Assembly: GCA_002335385.1 (NCBI GenBank)
Contig: DCVK01000071.1
Coordinates: forward strand, 13,330-77,329
Reading direction: 5' to 3'
DNA length: 64,000 nt
Origin: Candidatus Aminicenantes bacterium UBA2190
GTDB lineage: Bacteria; Acidobacteriota; Aminicenantia; UBA2199
Both the position numbers and the translations under genes were made by a program. Shown one piece after another: positions 26,497 to 35,663 of the stretch. Under the pieces are notes generated by a model. It searched no databases and had not been told where the DNA came from. It saw nothing but the letters and a program-made list of their open reading frames with translations. How positions within the stretch are numbered: position 1 is the first letter of the stretch; the number at the start of each line of letters is the position of its first letter.

Positions 26497-27423
26497 TCAA
26501 TTCCCGTCCCAGCCGGCCAGTCGCGCCAGGAGCCACCACATGGCGCGGCCTTTGAGCACGCAGTTCAAGTTCTGCGAATGGGCGCATTCGGGGCAGTCGG
26601 CGGCCAGGCGGGCCAATTCGCTCCCCGGGTTGGCCGCGATCCAGTCCGCGGCCCAGTTGCGGTCGCGGGAGCCGTTGCCGTCGCTGTCGTAGTCGCAGTT
26701 GTCGTCGGCCATGCGTTCCATGTAATTGGCGTCGCCTCCCGGGGCGAAACTTTCGATGTCGGCGAAGTCGAAGAGGAATTTGCCGTTGGCGCGGCAAAAG
26801 GCGCGGATCTGTTCATTGCGGCGGTGCAGGTTGCCGTTGGCGCCGCCGCCGTCGAGATGGCCGGTCATATAGACGAATTGCACGCCCGGGTAGTCTCTCT
26901 CCAGGCCGTCCATGGCGTTGAGATAGGTGCCGATGCCGCCTTCGCTGCAGTCGCTCACCCCGCCGCACCAGGACCAGATGACCACGTTGCGGTCGTTGCC
27001 GGGACGGGAAAGCATCTCGACGGTGGCCGACCGCCAGCCCAGGTCGCCGTCATAGCCGAGATCGTCGGCACCGCCTTCGTTGCCCCAGTAGTCGTTGAGG
27101 AACACCCCCGCCTGCAGCCCCCAGTCGGAATAGGTGAAATAAAAAGCGGAGCCGCTGCCGCCGCGAAAGGCCATCATGCCGCTGACCGGCTGGCTGCCGT
27201 GGGAGGTGTGGCCGTAGCCGATGCGCAGGCGGCTGCGCGCCTGCTCGATCCAGGTGGCCGGGATCTTGGCGCTATCGGTGCAGAGGTGGTCGATGACCCT
27301 GGACGCGGCCGGGAGCGGATCCGGATCCGGATCCTCCGCCGGCGGATCGTCCCGGGGCGCCGGGCTGCAGCCCGACAGCATGGCCAGGGCCAGAAGAGCG
27401 AGAACCCACCGTGCAGGATTCAT
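26497..27423 (-). CDS. Lipoprotein, hypothetical (family not recognised)
   Basis: Lipobox LALAMLSGC. ATG at 27423 follows GGAGG. 308 aa with a conserved-looking HTSHGSQ and WSWCGG. I cannot name the family. Confidence 0.6.
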   Translation of the reverse strand: MNPARWVLALLALAMLSGCSPAPRDDPPAEDPDPDPLPAASRVIDHLCTDSAKIPATWIEQARSRLRIGYGHTSHGSQPVSGMMAFRGGSGSAFYFTYSDWGLQAGVFLNDYWGNEGGADDLGYDGDLGWRSATVEMLSRPGNDRNVVIWSWCGGVSDCSEGGIGTYLNAMDGLERDYPGVQFVYMTGHLDGGGANGNLHRRNEQIRAFCRANGKFLFDFADIESFAPGGDANYMERMADDNCDYDSDGNGSRDRNWAADWIAANPGSELARLAADCPECAHSQNLNCVLKGRAMWWLLARLAGWDGN

Positions 27424-27498
27424 GTCAACCTCCGAACGATTTTTCCTCTATTAGATATGGCGGAACGGCCGTTCATCTCATGAACCCAACGGGGAAAC

Positions 27499-27612
27499 AG
27501 TGAAAAGTGAAAAGTGAATAGTGAAAAGTGAATAGTTAAAAGAAGCCGCATTGCAGCGAACCATTGCTTTCATGTCATTGCTGTTTTACTTCTTATTTTT
27601 CACTTTTCACCC
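27499..27612. repeat. AGTGAAA heptamer array with an inverted partner (long hairpin) in a divergent promoter region
   Basis: agtgaaa x7 with variants at 27499-27545. CATTGC recurs at 27549, 27562 and 27576. The inverted partner cttcttatttttcacttttcaccc lies at 27589-27612. Confidence 0.75.
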
Positions 27613-27680
27613 GGGTCCTTCTATTTCAACTTCGCGCCTCCATGTTTACTATAGCCCGGAGTTCAACTATAATGGCCCCG

Positions 27681-28310
27681 ATGAGAATATTCACGGGCAT
27701 CGCTCTGGATGACGAGGTCAGAAGGAACGTCCTCAAGGAATTGCAGCCGTTCCAGAAGGCGGGCATTCCCATGCGCTGGACCGACGAGCGCAACATCCAC
27801 CTGACCTTGAAATTCATCGGCGAGGTGGCCGAGGCCGAGGCCGCGCGCGTGGGCGCGGTCCTGGAGGCGCTGCCCCCCGCTTCTTCCTTCCGCCTGCGCC
27901 TGCGCGGTTTCGGCAAGTTCCCCGCCGGGAACGGGTTGCACGTCCTCTGGGCCGGGGTGGAGGAGAGCCTGGAACTGCGGGCCCTGTTCGCCGTTGTCGA
28001 GGATGCCCTGGCGGCGCTGGGTATCCCCCGCGATACCCGTCCTTTCCATCCCCACGTCACCCTCGGCCGCAGTACGGACTCCCGGTCCGGCCGGCCCGGG
28101 ACGTCGGGGCTCCAGCGGCCCCTCCAGCCGTCGGTGCGGGGCCGTACGGCCGGTCAAGAATCCAATGGCGTCATGCCGCTGTTGCGGGAGAAGGGCGACC
28201 TCTTCCTCGGCGAATGGGAAGCGGCCGCCCATCGGCTTTATTCCAGCCGCCTGACCCCCGCTGGCCCTTCCTATACCGTTCTAAAGGAGATCCCCCTTGT
28301 CGAGTCATGA
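27681..28310 (+). CDS. thpR: RNA 2',3'-cyclic phosphodiesterase (2'-5' RNA ligase family, ThpR/LigT)
   Basis: MRIFTGIAL..., with two HxTx motifs (HLTLKF and HVTLGR). The start could alternatively be the ATG at 27672. Confidence 0.8.
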   Translation: MRIFTGIALDDEVRRNVLKELQPFQKAGIPMRWTDERNIHLTLKFIGEVAEAEAARVGAVLEALPPASSFRLRLRGFGKFPAGNGLHVLWAGVEESLELRALFAVVEDALAALGIPRDTRPFHPHVTLGRSTDSRSGRPGTSGLQRPLQPSVRGRTAGQESNGVMPLLREKGDLFLGEWEAAAHRLYSSRLTPAGPSYTVLKEIPLVES

Positions 28311-28896
28311 GATCCTTTATGTGGCCTGCTCCTACCTGCTGGGCTCCGTCCCTTTCGGCTACCTCATCTTCTTTTTCAGCGAGGGCAAGGATATCCGCAC
28401 CACGGGCAGCGGCAACATCGGCGCCACCAACGTGCTGCGCAGCAAGGGCAAGCTGGCCGGTCTGGCCACGCTGGCCCTGGACATCCTGAAGGGGGCGCTG
28501 CCGATCGTCTATGGCCGCGTCCATTTCGACCTGCCCTGGGTCGTGCTGCTGGGCGGCCTGGCCGTGCTGCTGGGCCACGTCTTCCCCGTCTTCCTGAGGT
28601 TCCGCGGCGGCAAGGGCGTGGCCGCGCTGGTCGGCGTCTTCCTGGTCTTCCATTATCCCTCCCTGCTGGCCTTCCTGGTGTTCTTCTTCGCTACCCTGGT
28701 GCTGACCCGCTATGTCTCGCTGGGCTCACTGCTGGGCACGACGGCGCTGTTCTTCGCCATCCTGTTCACCCAGACGGTCGAAACGGCCATGGTGGCGTTC
28801 GTCATGCTGCTGCTGATCGCGTTCCGTCACCGCGGCAATATCGCGCGCCTGCTGGAAGGCAGCGAAAGGAAGTTCGTCTTCAGGAAAAATGAATAG
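28297..28896 (+). CDS. plsY: Glycerol-3-phosphate acyltransferase PlsY
   Basis: GSGNIGATNVLR motif and multiple TM helices. 199 aa. Confidence 0.9.
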   Translation: MSSHEILYVACSYLLGSVPFGYLIFFFSEGKDIRTTGSGNIGATNVLRSKGKLAGLATLALDILKGALPIVYGRVHFDLPWVVLLGGLAVLLGHVFPVFLRFRGGKGVAALVGVFLVFHYPSLLAFLVFFFATLVLTRYVSLGSLLGTTALFFAILFTQTVETAMVAFVMLLLIAFRHRGNIARLLEGSERKFVFRKNE

Positions 28897-29899
28897 CATA
28901 CTGGTCATCGGCGGCGGCTCCTGGGGCACGGCCTTCGCCGACTACCTGGCCCGCCGGGGCGAAGATGTCCGCCTGTGGGCCAGGGAGGAGGAGGTCCTCG
29001 CCGCCATCCGCACGGACCGCGAGAACCGCGTCTTCCTGCCCGGAGTCAAGCTGTCCCCGCAGCTGGGGGTCGGCGCCGACCTGGAGGTCGAGGCCGGGCG
29101 CGCGGCCATTCTGGTACTGGCCGTGCCCTCGAAGTACATGCGCCCGGTGCTGCGGCGGCTGCAGGCTCTCCTCCGCGGGGACCACGCCCTGCTCTGCCTC
29201 TCCAAGGGCTTCGAGTCCGATTCCCTCAGGACCATGTCCCAGGTGGCGGCCGAGGTCTTCGGCCCCGGCGTGTTGCGGCAGTGGCTGACGTTGTCCGGGC
29301 CCTCCTTCGCCCGCGAGCTCGCGCAAGGGCACCCCACGGCCGTGGCCGCCGCCGCGGAGAACGAGGAGCTGCTCGGCCGCGTCCAGGAGAGCTTCTCTTC
29401 CCCGACCCTGCGCGTCTACCGCTCGGACGACCTGCGCGGCCTGGAGGTGGCCGGATCGTTGAAGAACGTGATGGCCATCGCTTCGGGCATGATCAGCGGC
29501 CTGGGCTACGGGTTCAACACCACGGCCTCCATGGTCACGCGGGCCAATATGGAGATCTCCCGCCTCGGCGTCCGCCTGGGGGCCAGGCCGGAGACGTTCT
29601 GGGGGCTGGCCGGGATCGGCGACCTGATGCTGACCTGTTTCGGCAGCCTGTCGCGCAACTTTCAGCTGGGGCGGCGCATCGCGCTGGGCGAGTCGCTGGA
29701 GGCGGTGGAGCGCTCGACGCCGATGGTGGCCGAGGGCGTGGAAACGACCAAGGCCATCCGGCGCCTGGCCGAGAATCTGGCCATCGAGATGCCCATCGCC
29801 CGCGAGGTGCACCGTGTGCTCTTCGAGGGCAAGAGCGTGGGCGAGGCGGTCGGCGAGCTGATGACGAGGAGCCTGAAAAGAGAATGGACTACAAGCTAG
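28889..29899 (+). CDS. gpsA: NAD(P)H-dependent glycerol-3-phosphate dehydrogenase
   Basis: ILVIGGGSWGTAFA Rossmann fold with full-length GpsA similarity. Overlaps plsY by 8 nt. Confidence 0.9.
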   Translation: MNSILVIGGGSWGTAFADYLARRGEDVRLWAREEEVLAAIRTDRENRVFLPGVKLSPQLGVGADLEVEAGRAAILVLAVPSKYMRPVLRRLQALLRGDHALLCLSKGFESDSLRTMSQVAAEVFGPGVLRQWLTLSGPSFARELAQGHPTAVAAAAENEELLGRVQESFSSPTLRVYRSDDLRGLEVAGSLKNVMAIASGMISGLGYGFNTTASMVTRANMEISRLGVRLGARPETFWGLAGIGDLMLTCFGSLSRNFQLGRRIALGESLEAVERSTPMVAEGVETTKAIRRLAENLAIEMPIAREVHRVLFEGKSVGEAVGELMTRSLKREWTTS

Positions 29900-31443
29900 A
29901 ATACCTGGCCGACGACGAGGTGAAGGTCTTCTTCCTGGCCAAGGAAGCGGTGGTCATCGGCAAGCTGCCCGACAACGACATCGAGTTGAAGGACAACACC
30001 GTCTCGCGCCAGCACTGCCGCCTGCAGCGCACCGCCAAGGGCTTCAAGCTCTCCGACATGAACAGCACCAACGGCTGCTACGTCAACGGCCGCCGCGTGC
30101 AGGCGAAGGCACTGGAGGTCGGCGACAAGATCACCATCGGCCGGACCATCCTCAGCTACCTGGCGGTCGACAAGAAGGAAAGCTACCGCGATACCGACGA
30201 CCAGCGGATCTCGATGATGGTCCCCCTGGAGGACCTGCTGCCGGCGGAGAAGAAGGCGCGGCGCAAGCGCGAGGAGCCGAGCTTCCTGGCCTCGCTCACG
30301 GCGCTGGGCAAAAGCCTGATCGCCTCCCAGGACATCGACGAGAGCTTCCAGAAGCTGGGCGACCTGATCTTCCAGTTCGTGCATCCCGAGAAGATCTATA
30401 TCTTCTACTATGACGAGAAGCAGAACGATGTCCGCCTCAAGTACACCTATTCCATGCAGGCGCAGGAGGCCGACGTCGTGCGCATCTCCAAGACCATCGC
30501 CCTAAAGGCCATCCATGAGAAGGTGGCCATCCTGTCGTCCAACACGCGCAACGACGCGCGCTTCGACAGCTCCAACAGCGTCATCATGTACGGCATCACC
30601 TCGGCCATCTCGGTGCCCATCTGGACCAAGGAGTGCATCTACGGCCTGATCTACGTCGACACGGCGAGCGTTTCCCAGGTGTTCGGCGAGAAGGACCTCG
30701 AGGTCATGTCCATCATCGCCAACTTCGCCGGCTTCGCCATCGAGGGGGCCAACAGCCTGGACAAGCTGAACCGCGAGCGGCGGCTGCGCGCCCGGCTCGA
30801 GCGCTACCACTCGCCGGCGGTGGTCTCGCGGCTGCTGGAGTTCCAGGACAGCAACACCGGCGAGCTCATGCCCTACCGCGAATCGGAGGCCACGGTCCTG
30901 TTCATGGATATCGTCCGCTTCACCTCGCGGGCCGAGCAGATGACCCCCATCGCCGTGGGCATGTTCCTGAACAATTTCTTCACCGAAATGACCGAGATCA
31001 TCTTCCGCCACAACGGCACGCTGGACAAGTTCATCGGCGACGCCATCATGGCCGTCTTCGGCGTTCCCCTCGAATGCGCCGATCATGCCGAGCGCGCCAT
31101 CGTCGCCGCCCTGGAGATGATGGCGCGGCTGGGCGAGCTCAATGGCCAGGTTGAGGAAAAGAACCGGGTGCAGGTGCGCATCGGCATCCATTCGGGCAAG
31201 CTGATCTCCGGAGACTTCGGCTCGCCCAAGCGCCTGGAATTCACGGTGCTGGGCAACACGGTCAACATCGCCTCGCGCCTGGAATCGACGGTGGCCGGCT
31301 GCGACGAGATCGTGGTCTCCGAGCAGACCCACCAGACGACCCGGGGGCGCTTCGCTTTCGAGCTTCTGGGCGAAAAGAAACTGACGGGCATTTCCAAGCC
31401 GTTGAAAGTGTACAAGGTCAAGGGACCAAAGGGGGCAACATGA
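29884..31443 (+). CDS. FHA-GAF-class III adenylate/guanylate cyclase
   Basis: ATG at 29884. FHA region is IGKLPDNDIELKDNTVSRQHCRL...STNGCYVNG. A GAF-like middle region follows. The cyclase domain includes VLFMDIVRFTSRAE...GDAIMAVFG. The track's 822-aa ORF is an overlap artefact with gpsA. Confidence 0.85.
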   Translation: MDYKLEYLADDEVKVFFLAKEAVVIGKLPDNDIELKDNTVSRQHCRLQRTAKGFKLSDMNSTNGCYVNGRRVQAKALEVGDKITIGRTILSYLAVDKKESYRDTDDQRISMMVPLEDLLPAEKKARRKREEPSFLASLTALGKSLIASQDIDESFQKLGDLIFQFVHPEKIYIFYYDEKQNDVRLKYTYSMQAQEADVVRISKTIALKAIHEKVAILSSNTRNDARFDSSNSVIMYGITSAISVPIWTKECIYGLIYVDTASVSQVFGEKDLEVMSIIANFAGFAIEGANSLDKLNRERRLRARLERYHSPAVVSRLLEFQDSNTGELMPYRESEATVLFMDIVRFTSRAEQMTPIAVGMFLNNFFTEMTEIIFRHNGTLDKFIGDAIMAVFGVPLECADHAERAIVAALEMMARLGELNGQVEEKNRVQVRIGIHSGKLISGDFGSPKRLEFTVLGNTVNIASRLESTVAGCDEIVVSEQTHQTTRGRFAFELLGEKKLTGISKPLKVYKVKGPKGAT

Positions 31444-32210
31444 AAAAGGTGATCCTGATGGCGGCGGCAACGGCGATGCTGCTGGCCTGCGGCGGCGGCC
31501 AGCCGCGCACGGCTCCGGGACAGCTGCAGCCCGGGTCGGCCGAATTCCTGGCCAACGAGGGCATCGGCTATCTCAACGAGGGACGGCTGGACGTGGCGGC
31601 GGACAGGCTGGAGGCGGCGCTGAAGAAAAACCCGCGCCTGGTGCCGGCCTTGAACGGCATGGCCCTGGTCCATGTCTACCGCCGCGAATTCCCCAAGGCC
31701 GTCGACCTGCTCAACCGCCTGCTGCAGGTCAGCCCGAAGTTCCATGACGCCTACAACCTGCTGGGCACGGTATACAGCGAGATGGGCGACTACGAGCAGG
31801 CCAAGGAGAAGCTGCTCATCGCCGCCAATGCCGAGGAATATCAGACGCCGGAGAACTCCTTCGCCAACCTGGCGATGCTGGAGATCAAGTTCGGCAAGCA
31901 TGAATCGGCCTTGCGCTACGCGGAGAAGGGGCTGCAACTCAATCGGCGCTTCGCCCCGCTCTTCAATCTGAAGGGACTGGCGCTGGAGAACCTGAACCGC
32001 CTGCCCGAGGCCGCCGAGAGCTTCATCCGCGCCCTGGCCCTGCTGCCCGCGCCGGAGCCGCTCATCCTGGTCAACAGCGCCAGGGTCGCCGCCCGGCTCG
32101 GGGAAAAGAAGAAGGCGCTCGACCAGCTGGAGCAGGCCCTGGGCCGGACCCAGGACGCGGCCCTGAAAGCCGAGATCATCCGCATGATCAGGGAAGTGGA
32201 AGGGCGCTGA
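31440..32210 (+). CDS. Tetratricopeptide-repeat lipoprotein
   Basis: Lipobox MLLACGG and TPR-like repeats throughout. ATGA overlap with the cyclase gene. Confidence 0.7.
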   Translation: MKKVILMAAATAMLLACGGGQPRTAPGQLQPGSAEFLANEGIGYLNEGRLDVAADRLEAALKKNPRLVPALNGMALVHVYRREFPKAVDLLNRLLQVSPKFHDAYNLLGTVYSEMGDYEQAKEKLLIAANAEEYQTPENSFANLAMLEIKFGKHESALRYAEKGLQLNRRFAPLFNLKGLALENLNRLPEAAESFIRALALLPAPEPLILVNSARVAARLGEKKKALDQLEQALGRTQDAALKAEIIRMIREVEGR

Positions 32211-32220
32211 AGCTCCCGCG

Positions 32221-32249
32221 TTGACAGGCAGCGGAATTCTCCCTATAAT
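32221..32249 (+). promoter_or_regulatory. Consensus sigma70-type promoter upstream of rubredoxin
   Basis: Perfect TTGACA (32221-32226), a 17-nt spacer, then perfect TATAAT (32244-32249), about 60 nt upstream of the rubredoxin ATG. Confidence 0.6.
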
Positions 32250-32308
32250 TGGGACCCAAGGCCGGAGCGGTGCCGATCCCGGCCCCGGCGGCATGAAAGG
32301 AGGCGGAC

Positions 32309-32470
32309 ATGAACAAGTATGTATGCACCGTGTGCGGCTACGTATACAACCCGGCCGACGGCGATCCCGACTCGGGAATCCAGCCGGGCACCGCGTTCGA
32401 GGACATCCCCGAGGATTGGGTCTGCCCGGTCTGCGGGGCCGGCAAGGACTCTTTCGAGCCCACGGACTGA
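32309..32470 (+). CDS. Rubredoxin (53 aa; below the ORF-track length cutoff)
   Basis: [53 protein letters not shown] carries both CxxCG knuckles. RBS is AAAGGAGG. Confidence 0.92.
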   Translation: MNKYVCTVCGYVYNPADGDPDSGIQPGTAFEDIPEDWVCPVCGAGKDSFEPTD

Positions 32471-32549
32471 GCGGGAAGGGAAGATTCCTGGCCGGTCATG
32501 AGGCCGGTGCCGTTGGCGTCACCTTTTATTTTCTCACCTTGGAGGCAAC

Positions 32550-33737
32550 ATGGCGGCCATTGAACTGAAAAAAGATATCATTTGGGTGGGGGCCCTTGAC
32601 TGGGACCGGCGGCTCTTCGACGAGCTGATCCCGCTGCCCGACGGCACGTCGTACAACGCCTACCTAGTGCGCGGCAGCAGCAAGACGGCCCTGATCGACG
32701 CCGTCGACCCGGCCAAGGCCGGCGACCTGCTGGCCAACCTGCAGCAGGCCGGAGTGACGCGCATCGACTACCTGGTCAGCCAGCACGCCGAGCAGGATCA
32801 TTCGGGCACCATCGGCGACGTCCTGGATCTGTTTCCCGAGGCCAGGGTGGTGACCAACGAGAAGTGCAAGGCCATACTCCGGGACCTGCACCAGCTGCCG
32901 GAAGACAGGTTCCAGGTCGTCGCCGACGGCGCGACGCTGGACCTCGGCGGCCGGACCCTGGAGTTCATCCTGGCGCCTTGGGTGCACTGGCCCGAGACCA
33001 TGCTCACCTATCTGCGCGAGGACAAGGTCCTGTTCAGCTGCGATTTCCTGGGCGCCCACCTGGCCCAGAGCCACCCCGTCCTCAGCGACGAGGCCCGCAC
33101 GCTCAGCGCGGCCAAGCGCTACTTCGCCGAGATCATGATGCCTTTCCGCGGGCCGATCCGCAAGCACCTGGAGAAGCTGCAGGGAATGGCCATCGACATG
33201 ATCGCCCCTAGCCACGGCGTGGTCTACCCGCGCCCGGCCCTGATCCTCGACGCCTACCGCGAGTGGGCGTCCGACGCCACCCGGAACCTGGCCCTGATCC
33301 CCTTCGTCTCCATGCACGGCAGCACCCGCGAAATGGTGGAGTACCTTGCCGACGCCCTGGTGCGCCAAGGGGTCGAGGTCGTCCCCTGCAACCTGATCAC
33401 GGCCGACGTCGGCGAGTTGGCCAAGGAGCTGATCGATGCCTCCACCCTGGTCCTGGCCACGCCGACGGTGCTGGGCGGCGCCCACCCGGCCGCCGCATCC
33501 GCCGCCTACCTGATCAACGCTCTGCGGCCGAAGACGAAGTTCGCCTCGATCATCGGCTCCTATGGCTGGGGCGGCAGGACGGAGGAGAGCCTAAGGGCCT
33601 CCCTGGGCAACCTCAAGGCTGAATTTTTGCCGACGGTGCTGGTCAAGGGCTACCCGGCGGAGAAAGACTACCGGGCCCTGGACGAGCTGGCCGCAGCCAT
33701 CGCTGACCGGCACCGCGACATCGGTGTCCTTTCCTGA
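32550..33737 (+). CDS. Flavodiiron protein (rubredoxin:oxygen/NO oxidoreductase, FprA/ROO type)
   Basis: The metallo-beta-lactamase-like N-domain carries the diiron motif HAEQDHSG. A flavodoxin-like C-domain follows. 395 aa. Confidence 0.9.
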   Translation: MAAIELKKDIIWVGALDWDRRLFDELIPLPDGTSYNAYLVRGSSKTALIDAVDPAKAGDLLANLQQAGVTRIDYLVSQHAEQDHSGTIGDVLDLFPEARVVTNEKCKAILRDLHQLPEDRFQVVADGATLDLGGRTLEFILAPWVHWPETMLTYLREDKVLFSCDFLGAHLAQSHPVLSDEARTLSAAKRYFAEIMMPFRGPIRKHLEKLQGMAIDMIAPSHGVVYPRPALILDAYREWASDATRNLALIPFVSMHGSTREMVEYLADALVRQGVEVVPCNLITADVGELAKELIDASTLVLATPTVLGGAHPAAASAAYLINALRPKTKFASIIGSYGWGGRTEESLRASLGNLKAEFLPTVLVKGYPAEKDYRALDELAAAIADRHRDIGVLS

Positions 33738-33821
33738 AAGACGTTTTGACGTCTTGCCCGGCGTTCGCTTTGCGCGTACAATGAACCCGGCAATCGATGG
33801 CAACGTAGAAAATTCGCTAGC

Positions 33822-34439
33822 ATGGAGGAGATGAAAATGAAGAAGCTGTTGTTGAGTCCCCTGGTGATCCTGATCGGCGTGGTGGTGATCGTCGCCCTGT
33901 GGGTGATGAGTGCCTATAACGGCCTGGTCGCCCTGGACCAGAAAGCCCTTTCCCAGTGGGCGCAGGTGGAGAGCGCCTACCAGCGCCGCGCCGACCTGAT
34001 ACCCAACCTGGTGGAGACGGTCAAGGGCGCCGCCGATTTCGAGAAGGAGACCTTTACCCAGGTGACCGAGGCCAGGGCCAGGGTGGGCCAGGTGCAGCTG
34101 GGCAACAATCCGGCCAGCGACCCCGAGGCCTTCGCCAAGTTCCAGCAGGCCCAGGACGGGCTGTCGTCGGCCCTGTCACGGCTGCTGGTGGTGGTGGAGA
34201 AATATCCCGACCTCAAGGCCACCCAGAACTTCCGCGACCTGCAGGTGCAGCTGGAGGGAACCGAGAACCGCATCAACGTAGAGCGCATGCGCTTCAATGA
34301 GGCGGCCCAGGCCTTCAACACCAAGAGGATGAGCTTCCCCACGGTGATCATCGCCAACTTCTTCGGCAAGCGCTTCCAGGAAAAGTCCTATTTCAAGTCC
34401 CAGCCCGGCGCCGAGACCGCGCCCAAGGTCCAGTTCTAG
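33822..34439 (+). CDS. lemA: LemA family protein
   Basis: N-terminal TM helix, then YNGLVALDQKALSQWAQVESAYQRRADLIPNLVETVKG (LemA signature). The true start is probably the ATG at 33837, 6 nt after GGAGGAG. Confidence 0.85.
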   Translation: MEEMKMKKLLLSPLVILIGVVVIVALWVMSAYNGLVALDQKALSQWAQVESAYQRRADLIPNLVETVKGAADFEKETFTQVTEARARVGQVQLGNNPASDPEAFAKFQQAQDGLSSALSRLLVVVEKYPDLKATQNFRDLQVQLEGTENRINVERMRFNEAAQAFNTKRMSFPTVIIANFFGKRFQEKSYFKSQPGAETAPKVQF

Positions 34440-34442
34440 TCA

Positions 34443-35192
34443 GTGAAAACGCGGCGGCTTCTCCTGCCGGCGCTGGCCGGTCTGCTCCTCCTTGCCCTGG
34501 CCGTGGGAGCGCAGGCCCAGGCCGGCACCGGGGCCGAGACCCCGATCCCGGCCTCTCCCCAGCGCTGGTTCACCGATACGGCCGGGCTGGTTTCTCCGGC
34601 GGTCGCCTCTGAACTCGATGGCCGGTTGGAGGCCTTTGAAAGATCCAGCGGCCACCAGGTCGTGGTCTATATCGCAACGACCACCGGCGTGGTCCCCATC
34701 GAGGACTGGGCGGTCAAGGCTTTTGCCGCGTGGCGGGTCGGGCGCAAGGGCCTCGACGACGGCCTGGTCCTGTTCGTCATGGCCGATGACAAGCGGCTGC
34801 GCATCGAGACGGGCTACGGCCTGGAGGAACAGCTCCCCGATGCCCTGGCCGGCCGCATCATCAATGACGAGATCGCACCGCGGTTGCGGGACGGGGACAA
34901 CGACGGCGCCATGCGCGCCGCCGTCGACCGTCTGATCGCCGTCATCTCCGGGGAGGGGGCCGCCTCAGGCGGCGGGGAAGAGCCAAGGGCTGAGGGCCGG
35001 CCGATGACCCTTTCCGAAAAGATCCTGCTGGGCATCGGCATCCTGTTCTTCCTCATCCTGTTCATCACCAATCCCTCGCTGGCCATCTACCTGCTCTTCA
35101 CCATCCTGTCGGGGGGGCGCGGCGGCGGGCGGGGAGGGTTCTCAGGCGGCGGCGGCAGGTCGGGAGGCGGCGGCGCCTCCGGCTCGTGGTAG
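34443..35192 (+). CDS. TPM-domain protein (YgcG-like) with a Gly-rich C-terminus
   Basis: Signal peptide, a TPM phosphatase-like domain (VVVYIATTTG...GLVLFVMADDKRLRIETGYGLE), a TM helix, and a GGRGGGRGGFSGGGG tail. Confidence 0.8.
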   Translation: MKTRRLLLPALAGLLLLALAVGAQAQAGTGAETPIPASPQRWFTDTAGLVSPAVASELDGRLEAFERSSGHQVVVYIATTTGVVPIEDWAVKAFAAWRVGRKGLDDGLVLFVMADDKRLRIETGYGLEEQLPDALAGRIINDEIAPRLRDGDNDGAMRAAVDRLIAVISGEGAASGGGEEPRAEGRPMTLSEKILLGIGILFFLILFITNPSLAIYLLFTILSGGRGGGRGGFSGGGGRSGGGGASGSW

Positions 35193-35202
35193 GGAGGCGA
35201 TC

Positions 35203-35658
35203 ATGGCGTTCATGAGCCAGCACAAGCTGCTCGCGATCATCGACGACGACCGCATCAAGACGGCCATCGCCGCGGCGGAGAAGTGCACCTCGGGCGAGAT
35301 CCGTGTTTCCGTTTCGCGCTTTTTCTACGGCAGCGTCCGCCATGCCGCCGAAAAAGCCTTCAACCGCATGGGCATGCGCAACACCCGCGACCGCAACGGC
35401 ATCCTCTTCTTCGTCGTCCCCTCGCGGCACCGCTTCGTCGTCGTCGGCGACGAGGGCATCCACCGGAAGGTCGGCCAGGAATTCTGGGACCAGCTGGTCG
35501 CCGCCATGGCGGGCGACTTCAGGGAAGGGAAGTTCAACGAGGGCTTGCTCCACGGCATCGTGGAGTGCGGCCGCCTGCTCGCCGCCCACTTCCCCCACCA
35601 GGGCGAGCGCGACGTCAACGAGCTGCCGGACGACATCGATTTCGGCAACAAGGAATGA
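35203..35658 (+). CDS. TPM-domain protein (cytoplasmic type)
   Basis: SGEIRVSVSRFF...NGILFFVVPSRHRFVVVGDEGIHRKVG. 151 aa, third gene of the LemA-TPM-TPM set. Confidence 0.75.
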   Translation: MAFMSQHKLLAIIDDDRIKTAIAAAEKCTSGEIRVSVSRFFYGSVRHAAEKAFNRMGMRNTRDRNGILFFVVPSRHRFVVVGDEGIHRKVGQEFWDQLVAAMAGDFREGKFNEGLLHGIVECGRLLAAHFPHQGERDVNELPDDIDFGNKE

Positions 35659-35663
35659 AAGAA

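Noticed and set aside
33738-33760. Hairpin AAGACG-ttttga-CGTCTT after the flavodiiron gene as a terminator.
   Set aside because: It has only a 6-bp stem and no following T-tract. The support is too weak.
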